NCBI RefSeq assembly: GCF_009914755.1
Contig: NC_060944.1
Reading direction: 5' to 3' (one strand)
Length of the DNA stretch: 64,000 nucleotides
Origin: the human T2T-CHM13v2.0 reference genome, Homo sapiens
Below are positions 62,147-64,000 of this stretch, one piece after another. The position numbers and the translations under genes were made by a program. Numbering within the stretch: the stretch's first letter is position 1; the number at the start of each line of letters is the position of its first letter. The notes under the pieces were generated by a model, which searched no databases, had not been told where the DNA came from, and was given only the letters and a program-made list of their open reading frames with translations.

Positions 62147-64000
62147 TTAACATATCTATTCTTAGAGCAGTTTTGAAACAACCTTTTCGTAGAATCTGCA
62201 ATTGGATATTTGGACTACTTTGAGGGCTTCGTTGGAAACGGGAATATCTGACCATAAAATCTAGACAGAAGCATTCTCAGAAACTTCTCTGTGATGTGTG
62301 CATTCAACTCACAGAGTTGAACCTTTCTTTTGATAGAGCAGTTTTGAACCACTCTTTTTGTAGAATCTGCAAGTGTACATTTGGAGAGCTTTGAGGCCTA
62401 TGGAGGAAAAGGAAATATATTCACATAAAAACCAGACAGAAGCATTCTCAGAAACTTCTTTGTTATGTTTGCATTCAACTCACAGAGTTGAACATACCTT
62501 TTCATACAACAGTTTTGGAACACTGTTTTCGTAGTATCTGCAAGTGAATATTTGGACTGCTTTGAGGCCTTCGTTGGAAACGGGAATATCTGCACATAAA
62601 ATCTAGACAGAAGCATTCTCAGAAACTTCTTTGTGATGTGTGCACTCAACTCACAGAGTTGAACACTACTTTTGATAAAGCAGTTTTGAAAAGCACTTTT
62701 TGTAGTATCTGTATGTGGACAATTGGAGAGCTTTGAAGCCTATGGTGCAAAAAGAAATATATTCACATAAAAACTAGACAGAAGCATTCTCAGAAACTTC
62801 TTTGTGATGTTTGCTTTCAACTCACAGAGTTGAACATTCTTTTTCTTAGAGCAGTTTTGTATCACTCTTTTCGTAGAATCTGCAAGTGGATATCTGGACT
62901 GCTTTGAGGTCTTCTTTTGAAACGGGAATATCTTCACAAATAAGCTAGACAGAAGCCTTCTCAGAAACGTCTTTGTGATGTGTACATTCAACTCACACAG
63001 TTGAAGCTTTCCTTTGCTAGAGTAGTTTTCAAACCCTCTTTTTTTAGAATCTGCAAGTGGATATTTGGAGAGCTTTGAGTCCTGCAGTGGAAAAGTGAAT
63101 ATCTTCACATAAAAACTAGACAGAAGCATTCTCAGAAACTTATTTTTGTTGTTTGCATTCAGCTGGCAGAATTGAACATACCTGTTCATAGTACAGTACT
63201 GAAACACTCTTTTCATTGAATCTGCAAGTGGATATTTGGATTGCTTTGAAGCATGCTTTGGAAACGGGAATATCTTCACATAGAAACTAGACAGAGGCAT
63301 TCTCATAAACTTATTTGGGATGAGTGCATTCAACTCACAGAGTGGAACCTTTCTTTTGATAGTGCAGTCACTGTTTTTGTAGAATCTGTAATTGGACATA
63401 TGGAAAGCTCTGTGGCCTATGGTGGAAAAGGAAATATCTTCACATAAAAACCAGACAGAAGCATTCTCACAAACTTCTTTGTGATGTTTGCATTCAAATC
63501 ACGGGGTTGAACCTAACTTTTTATACAGCTGTTTTGAAACACTCTTTTCGTAGAATCTGCAATTGTTTATTTGGACTACTTTGAGGCCATCGTTGGAAAC
63601 GGGAATATCTGACCATAAAATCTAGACAGAAGCATTCTCAGGAAATTCCTTGTGATGTGTGCATTCCACTCACAGAGTTAAACATTTCTTTTGATTGAGC
63701 ACTTTTGAAACAGTCTTTTTGTAGAATCTGCAATTGAACATTTGTAGTGTTTTGAGGCCTATGGTCGAAAACGAAATATCTTCACATAAAAACCAGACAG
63801 AAGGATTCTCACAAACATTTTGTGATGTTTGCATTCAACTAACAGAGTTGAACGTACCTGCTCATAGAGCAGTTCTGAAACCTTGTTTTCGTAGAATCTG
63901 CAACTGGATACTTGGACTGCTTTGAGGCCTTCATTGGAAATGGGAATATCTTCACATAAAATGTAGGCAGAAGCATTCTCTGAAACTTCTTTGTGTTTTT
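62147..64000 (+). repeat. Alpha satellite, A/B monomers in inverted orientation
   Basis: Reverse-complement motifs (GAAGCATTCTCAGAAACTT); CENP-B boxes now on the plus strand, CTTCGTTGGAAACGGGA at 62227-62243 and 62569-62585. Confidence 0.96.

Overview
This is not a prokaryotic window. It is human pericentromeric alpha satellite (~171-bp monomers, no homogeneous higher-order repeat) interrupted by four retrotransposons. The satellite is layered: A-type (pJalpha-box) monomers at 1-~9.4 kb, a transitional zone with hybrid pJalpha/CENP-B-box monomers at ~9.4-13.8 kb, and irregularly alternating A/B monomers (SF5 R1/R2-like, about 30 core-intact CENP-B boxes counted by eye) from ~13.8 kb to the end. 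The array switches strand at ~62.15 kb. Insertions: a full-length L1 on the minus strand (14281-20405) with a short 3' transduction; a near-consensus human-specific AluYb8 (24153-24461); a full-length L1 on the plus strand (29378-35621) with a different 3' transduction; and a 5'-inverted truncated L1 (35953-37667). All L1 ORFs are disrupted and there are no intact protein-coding genes. The most unusual observation is that the two full-length L1s are independent insertions (different target sites and tails), sit 5'-to-5' as a 6-kb inverted repeat around a 9-kb satellite spacer, and yet share private substitutions and inactivating indels in a patchy pattern, which points to repeated arm-to-arm gene conversion. 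All alignments and counts were done by eye, and consensus sequences were recalled from memory. The chromosome cannot be determined from the sequence alone.
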